Notes: a model not told the origin generated them from the sequence alone. Shown: positions 39,201-47,485, counted from the stretch's first letter. The stretch: 63,614 nt of DNA from a virus (IMGVR_UViG_3300028027_000062:1-63614), one strand, 5' to 3'. Translations and numbers: made by a program.

Positions 39201-42200
39201 GAATTGCTAAGGATAATATCTTTAAACTTGAAGAAAGAGAAGCTTCTATTGATAGAGAATCTCTTTCTGAGATTAAGAAATTTCTTGGTATTACTAATAA
39301 TATTAACCCAAATAAAGTATTTAATGATTTACTTGATAATAGAATGCAAGTACTTACTTCTGAAGAAGGTAGGTTCATGATTAATTATCCTGCAGAAGAT
39401 CATTTTAAAGGATTACATAAAAATATTTTTTCTAAACATCCAAACTTTAAAGAACAAGATGAATACTCAACATATGCAAACTATAGTACATTCTTTAATG
39501 AGTTTGCTAAAGTATTCTCAGGTGGTAAAGCAATTGGTGGAGCAGCTAATATTAATAAAGTATTTGCATTCTTAATTAAGAATGCAGCTGTCTTAAGAAA
39601 AGATAATACAAGAATCTATGAGTTCTTTAATCATGAATTTAATATAAATGAGATTAATGAAGTCGATAGAAAAATTATTTTTGAGAATGGAGAATTTAAA
39701 TTTACTGATGAAGTTATAAGACCTAAATCAGATACTCTATCTAACAATGTATCTATTACTGTAGATAATGCTAAAGATCAAACTCTTGTTAAATTTAATC
39801 TTACTGATAAAAACATCTCTGAAGCATCTGTTCTTGCAGGACTTGGTTTTGGTAGAAACAGAATAGGAGCATTTTTTCTTAATCCTATGATTAAGCTTAT
39901 CTCAGATAATCTTACTATTAGTGATAGTATTTTAAATGATACTTATCAAAGTAAAGAAAAACAAATAGATAATCTTTTAAATAAGTATACTGATGTTGTT
40001 CCTGTTAAAACTATTACTGATGATGAGTTACTAAAAAGTTTATCTTTAGATTATGATAAAGTATATTCTTTACTTTCTTTAAATAAAAAATATGAAGAAC
40101 TAACTGAGGATGAACAAGAAATTGTAACCATTCAAGTTAATTTGGGTAGAATGTATAAAGAAGTTATTGCTATTACATCAGATTGTTTTACAGTAAATAC
40201 AGTAATTAATTACAATAAAGAAGTAGGTAGATACTTGTATGAGATGGATAAAATTTTAGGATCTGTTACTAAAATTCAAAGAAGTGAAAGTTTCTCAATT
40301 AGTGGTATTCAAGAGAATGAAATTATTTCTAATATTTATGATAACATTCTCTCAATGAAACCAGAAGGACAAAAAAGACTTCTTTCTTATAATGAGAATG
40401 CTAGTATATTTCTCTCAGATGTTATTGATGGAACTAAAAAAGATGGGTTTACATCTTCTGATCAAGAGTTTCAATCTAATATGAGAAAAGAATTTGTAAG
40501 ATATCTTGCAATGAAAACACTAGGATATTATGAAGGTAATGCTACTATTAATCCAAAAACTTTTCCAATTAAAGATCCTAGAGTAATTACAGGTGAAAGA
40601 GTTATAGCTGCTTTTGAGAAAGCAAAACCTTTACTTTCCAAGTCTCCTTTAGGTTCTCAATTACAAATTGTTAATCCTAGTTCAAGGTATCCTTTTCCAA
40701 GAGTAGGAGCAGAATCATTTAGTAATATTGATGGAGAACTTAAACAACTTCTTATTAATAGTTTTGATGATTTCTTAAAAGACTCTAATAAAGATATACA
40801 ACAATTAGGTCTTGAGTTACTCTATCACATTGCTGCACATGATAACTTTAAGTATGTATCTAATTCTGTAATTGGACACATATCACCAGAATACTTTAGT
40901 CTTTTAAATAGAATTTATAAAGGTGTTCCTGAAGTTCAAGGACTTGAGAAACTATTCAATACATCTCAAAATTATGGAGAATTTAAACAATCTCTTTATG
41001 ATTTACTTAGAGGTCAAACTGAGAATGAGAAATCTCTCTCAGTAAATGGATTTATAAATGAATTAAAGAAAGATTTTGTGAAACATTTCTTTATTGATTC
41101 TAGAAATTCAATGCATGTTGAAACTAATAAATCTTTAAATAAGAAAAATAAATTTTATGGTATTGTAAATAACCAAAAAGTTCCTGGAGAAGTAACTTGG
41201 GTAAAAAGTGCTACAGATAAAAATGGAGGTGTCTTTACTGTTAATTTAGCAGGATCTCCAAGATTTCCATTTGTAATGAAAACTTATCAAGAACTTCCAG
41301 ATGGTACTGTTTTAACAGATACATACTCAGTAAATAAGATTTATACTATTAGAAACCCTAATCCTGCTGAAGCTCCTTTTACTCAAATTGAGTATGCAGT
41401 ACATGAGAAACCTAATAGAAAAGTAGAATTTAATACAAGATTTTATCAATTACCATTTAATGCTAATATTAATCTTTTTAACGCTGCTTTAGAATTAAAT
41501 TCTACTATTCCAAGTTCTAGTAGAGAAGATCAATACAATGAGAATCAAGGATATATTCCTCCAAGATTTGATGGAGATTATGATCAAAATGGACAAGATC
41601 CTAATCCTGTTACTACTACTGCTTCTCAAATAGCTGAGATGGAATTAAAAGTACCATCAGATAAAAGATTACCTGAGTATTGGGTTGAGAGAGACTTGCT
41701 GAAAAATGGAAATATGCTTGCAAGATCATTATCTGATAAAACAGATCCAAATAAAAAATATATTGTTGTAGCAAAAGGAGTTACACCAGAGATTTTTTAT
41801 AATTACTTAACTGGTAATGATAACTCAAATACTTCTTTACAGAAAAAAGAAGTTCTTAAATATATGGAAGCTGATGGTTGGCCTTTAAGTAGAATTCAAT
41901 CTCTATTAAATTCACCAAAGAAAATATATGAGTTTCTTATTTTACATGAGCATGATCATATTGTAAATAATGATGATAAAGTTTACTGGAAAAATGGTAG
42001 AGACTTAATGACTCTTGATAAAATTGAGATTGAAGCTAGAGCAAGTGTTAATGCTCTTGAGAAGATTGAATCTTATACAGAACCTATTGCAAGTGTAAGT
42101 GGGAAATTTCCAGAAGTAAAACCTGTTATTGTTCCTACATCTGCAAATCCTGTTACAACTAATCCAGTAGAAACAGATAATAATAAATCTAGAACATTAG

Positions 42201-42448
42201 ATTTAGGACTTATGCAACCTGATAATCCAGCTACTTGGGATACAAATGTTGCAGATAGTAAAGATAGAAAAGTTCCACCAAGTATGAAACCAATTCCTGC
42301 AACAAATGCTGCAATTACAAAAATTTCTAATAACTTTGAAACTTATAAACCTATACTTGCTAACTTTAATATATTATCCGTAGAAGACTTAATGAATCTT
42401 CCACCAGATGAGAAAAATTCCCTAGTACAAAGAATATGTAACTCGTAA
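30239..42448 (+). CDS. Giant virion-packaged DNA-dependent RNA polymerase polyprotein (crAss/phi14:2 gp66-like)
   Basis: GYRIPTQ and catalytic GADYDVD (DxDxD, nt 38945-38959). Also a PD-(D/E)xK domain (GTVDLL...IYDMKT), two HEXXH motifs and an N-terminal Gly-rich hydrophobic region. Confidence 0.92.
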   Translation: MKKIEENTPNIMFGSTPVRSTPVNPIGFGSSRSKYDFNLNSNLEEQRAANQGFWDSAGNITLRLVGRAGMSALETGAMLGYGLPKAIVTGDLNSVFDNELTDGFKKLDKVLTDNSPFYQSEAERKAPLFSKTYLTSTNFWGNLIGEGGGFVAGAMLGGGMIGKTMGTANRLAKSAGIIASDGEKIAEVASAIKSQGNILDKFLNLAKSTSAKNASQYYTQKIGGNMYEAGVEARGIKDEIIRQKEEKFRKDNPDVIIPEYLKAEWENMASTYANVGFGLNMALLMIDGFNMSKFFKGYTSTNRTVNALKKGGQYIEKGKYGRFADATKAFLGGPLSEAAQEGGQFLTEKTLSDIASKDTQNSKQSFNDYFMSTMKGLEETFGSKEGQESMLAGFLLGAPFNIRQAIETGKLDREGINALQKFSGNTVFKNTLKLNMEAYDKNVGAEKDEAALNNSKLLHENIKRSEWFAYVKNRDDAGRFDDVLDDIYREKTMPLDVFKQVHGDHFTEEKRQLTLNELEKQAKYYKTVSDTVNSSFTSHPNKDALIQTSVNINNYSERIAELQGKLTNTKLPSIVRDQLKTDLETLLQTRAAEEIKLSNYLTMKEMQSSEAIPQDKNTSIEKVSVDGIEGVIERRNESTEDNPEPSLVISTSAGQITVPEKDLDNNLSDEENNFEESEYDDFGGDITPDVAKSEGKGAKWMVLNPNDPEANWMNFGDMGLKDYREQANNISEKNKGSELHKSLILNADKADAIKDDIIDNNTAYDFIYKKQIINGKTQYNIFAKKGNTETKIGYILNFDTTKASMSDMSINDYLDTYMKGTTPNVEQKKGVISRIRSADQKLKSSNTENVNNAVTLGTRIKNSGIPSTLANVLSSPFKNRWMVNGELVIVKYQKGNYVPITKLSDENKKLLLEQLQKPSNAAFLGSQYAVLVKRPSKDENQYSFIGFRGTEISKSEKNSFIKKMNDPNVDKQTLVKEMNERMFITSNKTFSVYDSNGQRVADTHLFFDTDFKGNVVIRREPKLIDGVKNPTQLARRQSKAITDPDRIASYINMHGYERISGENANSIDYVSDRVQTLADPSIWRSFFKFSHNIYGEKPKSVNNTFPSNTPTQDEETEKAAQVYTKNGITAKIYSKYTVEEKGTEDNKFNLGSVSFTATRSDKPDNILEGDSIGYVYDDERGNYLNNFVADYDKLLEDVVDELNTSDNNINLNKLTEIRVIREFGYFSTSENKNIQYIDVVISDSDGKSIKGAVSIEKRKFLPSSISLPNTTKFSPAIQNKIDEIKKNASFIVLDKSKKFYTNTKTGKQLRRVTDFISDEEESSDWFESASTIGTKSDLLVRDFFDNNLRPLSNYDVAPDKEINTFLSQLDTLRKFFEKSNETVIANDIVLYDEKLGVAGTVDLLTVDSNGNFRIYDMKTMRGDNFMTQIVPYTTTDKQLSPVSKYEFKGYYDQDKAQYIRDLSKDSKLEKHQKQLSMYRLLLNNTHGILAKRIAVIPIEVDYNKGDRSTKKLNLLPLKDLAPIDNIKDAVLTQQITPSTSQELPVNPTQGTAPATDFFNNLPSDPDTQVNPSSGFKPGDVDDYLVDTYFEEVNKEIKQIINVEVKLEDMRDSMGRPLNYGRFENAVVYLASKAPKGTLWHEGFHAVFSILPENEKSRVLKIAFDKLGVTDLDVQNLRKIYEERGYPNLTEKFLVEKALEEKIADLFQEHMNGRPTTILGRFFKMLEDLINYLFGKTNDPVFKAFFKEIEGGKYRHVSPTGEVVSFKTIPYATSIESDKLMNLLTAQYLNRKSTDPDSLYDFIQSRLDDIRRGYNVKIRNEYADKLSNIEQQKENNFLSQEDYNSEIGRLQSEINSKYINKDGLVYPKFLAEKYEKNIINQTIQYADFKKIYEEGNEDDQDERTKSFSESEFDKAVHATPAGQAVKAKFKTIMIDDPYFREIPINTYGIFNNLLFNLNGVSKDDIESKLQSLVSNSVFGRSIKAILAEYKTDETFRAQMQTAFDRIYANAYKVVSTQDTVKNQNFAKLENGDDHIKQQMEDWKGENLANRKPTIKIVDSNSLLENLGITITEDAMKNEEVAKDLSDLADYLMFNVSGSINPFSDERAKTLMQKIANINIQTRDDLGELNFKNAEGKPQSSIINSSYIFRQLDVVNNKYLGKMKGQWGIYVGSKFGSKTTDYNHIDPKTYFISNLALYRDIKGPMFVLQQPSDKSTIPLVRGKKFSIEEVPSIMIEEKVRQDALIQKNYQDILDALSKDESALKNLIKDYHYVSVNGENIRTSVQKAKKAYEEVLSGKVTRADKNVPRGFRYYNLPNANEIKGDYTLNMAEEYLGKMLENDLRLTKKLMSTYGLSEGDIKRIGVKNTKTFLDEFLLNQYVNRMILLSEISPDLGQFKNFTDITKRGAGLMASGPNYYSPGKNNEFKFSIIPDRKKTFTSSVKVDDDAETLDAQGFELAEERLNRLERHGRVSKTSSLNNDIYDQLYQDYITIQAFIDDDRELIRDLENKNAPLNVDKTVGYGKDYYIKTSVKVLTRYFSSDVVSQGATRVINKVKYTAQQDTNNGKWYLPIHGREFEWNLINEMQQKGISAAFAESAVKKGVRNVADYNQGDNPGTLSLIGNSMSYMDYRLQQENKSSKEKVVDGSQSIQLIDSNLPLDTKLPDGRTVKKVREENDILISKIKDYQKNVYLNGMDNFKVGDKKYSAFVNYITSSLSTSGSTDRILEFFEGDGEGGFRFSSSLPMIEEKFEELLMAYFNNNIAKHKVPGDKFTLSSSEFYRKITDKDGNVLTTYEYNDLTEKEKSELVVSDLSAPNKTSTYAEIVVSEQYLDQLGITIEDWIRMKKADSESREGQIFEKISTFMGYRIPTQAHHSMLPCKIVDFMPREFGSTIVLPAEVTKLSGADYDVDSLFVHRYSVYKDSEGNLQLEDDSIEAIDNSALKNPLVKELLKVYKEEEKRAIRKEINKAYRKIGELKEERASGKNIGGQLRIAKDNIFKLEEREASIDRESLSEIKKFLGITNNINPNKVFNDLLDNRMQVLTSEEGRFMINYPAEDHFKGLHKNIFSKHPNFKEQDEYSTYANYSTFFNEFAKVFSGGKAIGGAANINKVFAFLIKNAAVLRKDNTRIYEFFNHEFNINEINEVDRKIIFENGEFKFTDEVIRPKSDTLSNNVSITVDNAKDQTLVKFNLTDKNISEASVLAGLGFGRNRIGAFFLNPMIKLISDNLTISDSILNDTYQSKEKQIDNLLNKYTDVVPVKTITDDELLKSLSLDYDKVYSLLSLNKKYEELTEDEQEIVTIQVNLGRMYKEVIAITSDCFTVNTVINYNKEVGRYLYEMDKILGSVTKIQRSESFSISGIQENEIISNIYDNILSMKPEGQKRLLSYNENASIFLSDVIDGTKKDGFTSSDQEFQSNMRKEFVRYLAMKTLGYYEGNATINPKTFPIKDPRVITGERVIAAFEKAKPLLSKSPLGSQLQIVNPSSRYPFPRVGAESFSNIDGELKQLLINSFDDFLKDSNKDIQQLGLELLYHIAAHDNFKYVSNSVIGHISPEYFSLLNRIYKGVPEVQGLEKLFNTSQNYGEFKQSLYDLLRGQTENEKSLSVNGFINELKKDFVKHFFIDSRNSMHVETNKSLNKKNKFYGIVNNQKVPGEVTWVKSATDKNGGVFTVNLAGSPRFPFVMKTYQELPDGTVLTDTYSVNKIYTIRNPNPAEAPFTQIEYAVHEKPNRKVEFNTRFYQLPFNANINLFNAALELNSTIPSSSREDQYNENQGYIPPRFDGDYDQNGQDPNPVTTTASQIAEMELKVPSDKRLPEYWVERDLLKNGNMLARSLSDKTDPNKKYIVVAKGVTPEIFYNYLTGNDNSNTSLQKKEVLKYMEADGWPLSRIQSLLNSPKKIYEFLILHEHDHIVNNDDKVYWKNGRDLMTLDKIEIEARASVNALEKIESYTEPIASVSGKFPEVKPVIVPTSANPVTTNPVETDNNKSRTLDLGLMQPDNPATWDTNVADSKDRKVPPSMKPIPATNAAITKISNNFETYKPILANFNILSVEDLMNLPPDEKNSLVQRICNS

Positions 42449-42452
42449 AATT

Positions 42453-42944
42453 ATGAAATTAAATAAAAAAATTATAGAGCTCTTAAATTATAGAATTCAA
42501 CAAGAAGAAGCATCAGCTAGAGTTTATGAACAATTTGCTTTATGGTTAGATAATAAAGGATTTAAGAACTTTGCAGCATTATATTACAAGTATGCCCATG
42601 AAGAACTTGGGCATGCTAAGTTTGCTAAAGATCACCTTCTTGCTTTTGGTGAACAACCAGAGTTAACTAAGTTACCTGCTCCTGATTATGAGTTTAACTC
42701 TCTTAAAGATATACTAGAGCTGACTCTTGAGCATGAACAAGAAATTACTAGACAATGTAATGAGTTAACTAAGACTGCTGCTGCCTTAGATGATTTTCCA
42801 ACTATGACTCTTGGTATGAAGTATTGTGCTGAGCAAGTAGAAGAACTTGATAAGGCTCAAACTTTTGTAGATCAAATGGAAACTTTTGGTGACTCTAAGG
42901 AAGTTATGATTACTCTTGAGCATAATGTAAAAGATCTACTATGA
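42453..42944 (+). CDS. ftnA: Non-heme ferritin
   Basis: 163-aa four-helix bundle with ferroxidase ligand pattern QQEE..Y, HEELGH, LEHEQEIT, EQVEE. Confidence 0.88.
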   Translation: MKLNKKIIELLNYRIQQEEASARVYEQFALWLDNKGFKNFAALYYKYAHEELGHAKFAKDHLLAFGEQPELTKLPAPDYEFNSLKDILELTLEHEQEITRQCNELTKTAAALDDFPTMTLGMKYCAEQVEELDKAQTFVDQMETFGDSKEVMITLEHNVKDLL

Positions 42945-45900
42945 TTTGTCCACCTAAGAAAAGTAAACTTTGGAATAATTTTGTAAAAAAAGTAGGCAGT
43001 GAAAGTATTGCCTACAATATCTTTTTCTTAAAAGATGGTGATATTGAAAGTATTACTGATGAAGAAATTGCAAGTTATTTAAATTTTGAAGAAAACATTC
43101 CTTCTTTTAAACCTATAAGTATAACAACTTTATCCCCTTTAAAACAAATTGATTTTAGAGAAAGCTTAAAGGTAGGTAATAAGTTAACTTTCAACTATTG
43201 GGATGAGAGTGCTCAAACTGAGAAGATTGAGGAAGACTTTGTAGTAGAAAAGATAGATAGAAATAATTTTACAGGTACTTCTGCTAATGGTACTAATACT
43301 ATTAATTACTCTGATGTTGTTGATAATAGTATAGATAAAACTCTTACTTTTAAAGACAGAAGAATATTTTTTGATAATCTCTCAGTTGGAAAGTTTGTAA
43401 AAATAAATACTGTATATGGACCTATTGAAGGTGTAGTATCTAACTTTGATAGTGAAACTTTTACAGTAGGAGAAAATATTATTAAGTACTCAGAGATTTA
43501 TAAATCTAATGAGATTATAGACTTTGAGATGAAGTTGCAAGAGTTAAGAAGAACTCTTAACAATCAATTACTTGTAACTAAAAACATTAAGACTGCTGAA
43601 CAGAAAAGAAGGGTAGATAGTTTAAGAGATGCACTTGATAACTTAAATAGATATGGTGGAGATCTTGAAGATTTGCATGGTTTATTTGTAACAATGAAGG
43701 AAAACTTTGATAGAGTTAAAGCTACAATTAAGAACATCTCTGATCCTGCTAAACAAATGACACCTGAGAGATTGTTGTATACAATCTCATATGCTAAAAA
43801 TTACATTGATTCTTTTACAGGTTTACGCTCAATTAATACTTCTATTCAAAACTTTGAAGGTTCAACAGAACTTAAAGCAGCATCAAACTCACTAGTAGCT
43901 ACTCTTACAAATGTTCAAGATGAGTATTTTGAGATTGCTATTCCTAAATTAGCAGAAGTACTTTGGAAACAATTTAATCCTAGTATAAATAAAGACCTTT
44001 TAAGACTTGAAAAAGAGCCTTGGACTTTAGAAAGACTTATTCAAGAACTTAGAAATCCTACAAGAGATATTGATGCTCTAAATACATACTTTGTAGCTCC
44101 TACCAATGCTAATGATATTATTGTTGCTCTTTTTACTAAAACTTTAAAAGCAGCTAGAGAAGCATCAAGGGCTTTGGATGAGAAACTTTTAAGAAATATC
44201 ACTCCTCTTATTGATAGAGTTAAGAGTAAAATGGATATTGATCAAGCTATGAAATCTTTTTATACTGAGGTAGATATGCAGGTTATAGAAGATGGAGAAG
44301 AAAAAACTATTAAAGTTAGAAAGTTTATAGATAAACATAATGTTGATGATTGGTATAGTACTACTAATCTTATTTATCAAGAAAGGCAACTTCTTTATGA
44401 TCAACTTGCTGTAGCTAAATTAGAGAATAATATAGCAGAGTCCCAAAAGCTTTCTGCATTAATAAGAGGATTGAATAGAAGGCTTCAAATGTTTAGAGAA
44501 ACTAAAGGTATTCAAATTACAGGTGACAAGTTTAAAATTGAAATGGAGAGATATAAGGAATTTGATGAACCAAAGTTTTGGAAATTTCTTGATAGTTATT
44601 ATAAAAGAGTAGAATTGGATAAAACTAACTCTTCTACAGTTAGTGTAGTTAATGAGGAAACTGGAGAGACTGAGTATTATAATTATAGTGGTAATAGATG
44701 GATTCCTAACATGGAGTTATATCTTACTAAAGAATATGAAGCTCTTGAGAAAGGAGATAACGATGTATTTAATTTGTACAAATTTATTAAAGGTGAGTAT
44801 GATAAAGCAAACTATAAGATTCCTATGTCTTATAGATTAAATAATGTAGTACCATCTATGTATGAAAAAAACTTTTTAGATAGTATTCAAAAGTCTGCAC
44901 AAAACTTCTTTGAGGATAACAATAAACAATATCTTGTAAGAATGGATGGTAGAGCTTATAAAGAAATTCCTATTGGTTTTACTAAGATTATGGATATATC
45001 TAAGAGTGATGATAATATTCTTAGAAGTACTTTAATGTTTATTACAGAAGCTAATAACTATGCTACTATGAATGAACAATATGGTTCTGTAGATGCTATA
45101 ACTCAAGTACTTGCAAATAATAATCCTCTTGATGAGACTCAAAAAAGAAGAATGATTTCTGATATTAATAATAGAAAAGAAGCCATTAAGAAAATTATTA
45201 AGCAAACATATTATGGTGAGAAAAATACTACTCATGGTATGGCAGGTAAAACTATTGATGCTCTTAGTAAATTTACTGCTTTAACAAGACTTGCACTCAA
45301 ACCTCTTAACTGGGCATCTAACTTTTTAAGAGGTAATTTTGAAAATATGTCTGAGGCTATTGGTGCAAGACATTATACTTTTGATGATTTAAAGTGGGCT
45401 AATAAAGAGTTTATGAAGTTACAAGCAAGAAATCCTAAAAAACTTGCTAACATGATTAGAAGTCTTGATGCTGTTCAAGGTAGATTTATGAAAAGTTTTG
45501 GAGATGAGTTTCTCTCATTTAAGGAAAAGTATGCATCTACTGAAGTTTTATTTTTAGGACAAGATTTAGGAGAAGTACAAATTCAAGGTACTGCTATGCT
45601 TGCTCTTCTTAAAGCTAAAAATATACAAATACCGGAAGATGGTAACTTTGATATGGATAATCTTCCAGAATATTTTGTTGATACTCTTCATGCAATTAAT
45701 AAACATAATCATGGTGTGTATAATGATTTTGATAGATTGTATGCCCAAGATAATGCACTCTTTAGATTGTTCTTACAATTTAGAAAATATATTATTCCTA
45801 CTTTTAGAAGTAGGTATTCTGGAATATTTTCTGGTGAATATAGAATTGATTATGAAGCAGGTACAGTAGAAAGAGGATATTACAGAGAGTTTGGAGAGTA

Positions 45901-46441
45901 TATTCACAACTCTTTTAAAAATTTTGAAAGTTTACCAAATATGATTGCTTCTTTTAAAACACTAAATCCTGTACAACAAGAAGGTGTTAAAAGAACTATG
46001 GTAGATTTAGTAGGATTTTTTGGATTTATGGTAATGTCTTCTTTATTTAAACCAGGTGATGATGAGGAAGATGAAGATGATATAGTATCTAATATCAGAT
46101 GGCATATTGCATATCAATTTGCCAGATTAAAAGGAGATTTAGGTACATACATTCCTATATTTGGAACTAAAGATCAACTTAGAATTATTAATAATCCATT
46201 TGCTGCAGTACCTGTTATTAGTGATGTATTTAGTCTTTTTTCTGCACTAGGAGATATTTCTCCAGATAAGAATGGAAATTGGTGGCTTGCTAAAGAATAT
46301 CTTAGAAATACTGCTACAAGGCAAAAAGGAGAACTTAAAATATTTGGAACTTTATCCAAATTAAATCCTCTTGATAATGTTCTTGAGACATTTTTTCCAG
46401 AAGAAATGTATGATAAATTTGATAAAGCATCGCAAAGATAA
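42941..46441 (+). CDS. Large internal virion/ejection protein
   Basis: 1166 aa, helical. HGVYN.FD...LFLQFRKYI.P and a hydrophobic segment LVGFFGFMVMSSLF near the C-terminus; adjacent to the RNAP gene. Confidence 0.8.
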   Translation: MICPPKKSKLWNNFVKKVGSESIAYNIFFLKDGDIESITDEEIASYLNFEENIPSFKPISITTLSPLKQIDFRESLKVGNKLTFNYWDESAQTEKIEEDFVVEKIDRNNFTGTSANGTNTINYSDVVDNSIDKTLTFKDRRIFFDNLSVGKFVKINTVYGPIEGVVSNFDSETFTVGENIIKYSEIYKSNEIIDFEMKLQELRRTLNNQLLVTKNIKTAEQKRRVDSLRDALDNLNRYGGDLEDLHGLFVTMKENFDRVKATIKNISDPAKQMTPERLLYTISYAKNYIDSFTGLRSINTSIQNFEGSTELKAASNSLVATLTNVQDEYFEIAIPKLAEVLWKQFNPSINKDLLRLEKEPWTLERLIQELRNPTRDIDALNTYFVAPTNANDIIVALFTKTLKAAREASRALDEKLLRNITPLIDRVKSKMDIDQAMKSFYTEVDMQVIEDGEEKTIKVRKFIDKHNVDDWYSTTNLIYQERQLLYDQLAVAKLENNIAESQKLSALIRGLNRRLQMFRETKGIQITGDKFKIEMERYKEFDEPKFWKFLDSYYKRVELDKTNSSTVSVVNEETGETEYYNYSGNRWIPNMELYLTKEYEALEKGDNDVFNLYKFIKGEYDKANYKIPMSYRLNNVVPSMYEKNFLDSIQKSAQNFFEDNNKQYLVRMDGRAYKEIPIGFTKIMDISKSDDNILRSTLMFITEANNYATMNEQYGSVDAITQVLANNNPLDETQKRRMISDINNRKEAIKKIIKQTYYGEKNTTHGMAGKTIDALSKFTALTRLALKPLNWASNFLRGNFENMSEAIGARHYTFDDLKWANKEFMKLQARNPKKLANMIRSLDAVQGRFMKSFGDEFLSFKEKYASTEVLFLGQDLGEVQIQGTAMLALLKAKNIQIPEDGNFDMDNLPEYFVDTLHAINKHNHGVYNDFDRLYAQDNALFRLFLQFRKYIIPTFRSRYSGIFSGEYRIDYEAGTVERGYYREFGEYIHNSFKNFESLPNMIASFKTLNPVQQEGVKRTMVDLVGFFGFMVMSSLFKPGDDEEDEDDIVSNIRWHIAYQFARLKGDLGTYIPIFGTKDQLRIINNPFAAVPVISDVFSLFSALGDISPDKNGNWWLAKEYLRNTATRQKGELKIFGTLSKLNPLDNVLETFFPEEMYDKFDKASQR

Positions 46442-46453
46442 AATATAAATATT

Positions 46454-46912
46454 ATGAATGGTACAAAAGTAGTAGAGATTGCAGAACAAGAAGTAGGATA
46501 TCAAGAATCTCCTAAAGGTTCTAATAAAACTAAGTATGGAGAATGGTTTGGTATGGATGGTGTAGCTTGGTGTGGAATATTTGTAAGTTGGTGTTATGAT
46601 AAAGCAGGTTTCCCCTTAGGTAATATTGGATTTACTAAAGGGTTTGCTGGTACACAATATGCATTAGCTCACTTTAGAGAAACTAGAAGAACTACTTTTG
46701 TTCCTGCTATTGGAGATTTAGTATTCTTTGATTGGAATCTAGATGGTAGAGTAGATCATGTAGGTATATTTGTCAAGTGGTTAGATAATGATTACTTTGA
46801 GAGTATAGAAGGTAATACCGGTACTACCTCACAATCTAATGGAGGAGAGGTAATGATTAAGAAAAGACATAAAAAGTTTGCCAAGTTTGTACATCCTAAA
46901 TCATTAGATTAA
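46454..46912 (+). CDS. CHAP-domain endolysin
   Basis: AWCGIFVSWC (Cys), GDLVFFDW, DHVGI (His), IEGNT. Confidence 0.9.
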   Translation: MNGTKVVEIAEQEVGYQESPKGSNKTKYGEWFGMDGVAWCGIFVSWCYDKAGFPLGNIGFTKGFAGTQYALAHFRETRRTTFVPAIGDLVFFDWNLDGRVDHVGIFVKWLDNDYFESIEGNTGTTSQSNGGEVMIKKRHKKFAKFVHPKSLD

Positions 46913-47478
46913 TGAGTCAGATAAAAAAAATAACACGGGTACTCCTTTTTATCTATCTTACTTCTTGTAGGATGTTAAGAAGTGATGAGCAAAATGCTAT
47001 ACATGATGTGGATAGATATCAAAGAAAACTTAATAAAATTTATGCTGAGTTTCCTAAATTTAAGAAAGATACTATTAAAGGTGAAGTAGTTATACAAGTA
47101 CCTATTAGAGTAGTAGATACTGTAGTACAGTATAAAGACTCTATTACTCAAAGAATTATCTATAAAAAGATTATAGAGAAATGTAAAGACTCTATTCTTG
47201 CTAAAGAGATTATTAAGAAACTGGACAGGTACAAGTGTATTAAGGACAGCATTGTTGTTAGGGATAGCTTATTTAAAGCAGTTATTACTCAAGATAGTCT
47301 TGGTATCCACGTCAACATAATTCCAAGGGACACAGTTCTGAAAGCCAAATATGCAGTTGCCTGTCCACCAATTATTTGTAAGGATGATATGTTCTGGGAA
47401 CATTCAGAGTTCTGGTTTGTAAGTGGATTATTCTTAGTAATGGTATTAGGAATACTAATACACTTAAAGCTTAGTTAA
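46912..47478 (+). CDS. Unimolecular-spanin-like lipoprotein
   Basis: N-terminal signal peptide with lipobox LTS-C, C-terminal transmembrane helix, located between endolysin and holin. Confidence 0.7.
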   Translation: MSQIKKITRVLLFIYLTSCRMLRSDEQNAIHDVDRYQRKLNKIYAEFPKFKKDTIKGEVVIQVPIRVVDTVVQYKDSITQRIIYKKIIEKCKDSILAKEIIKKLDRYKCIKDSIVVRDSLFKAVITQDSLGIHVNIIPRDTVLKAKYAVACPPIICKDDMFWEHSEFWFVSGLFLVMVLGILIHLKLS

Positions 47479-47485
47479 CGTATAA
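47479..47485 (+). promoter_or_regulatory. CGTATAA element
   Basis: Intergenic, 6 nt before ATG 47492. Confidence 0.6.
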
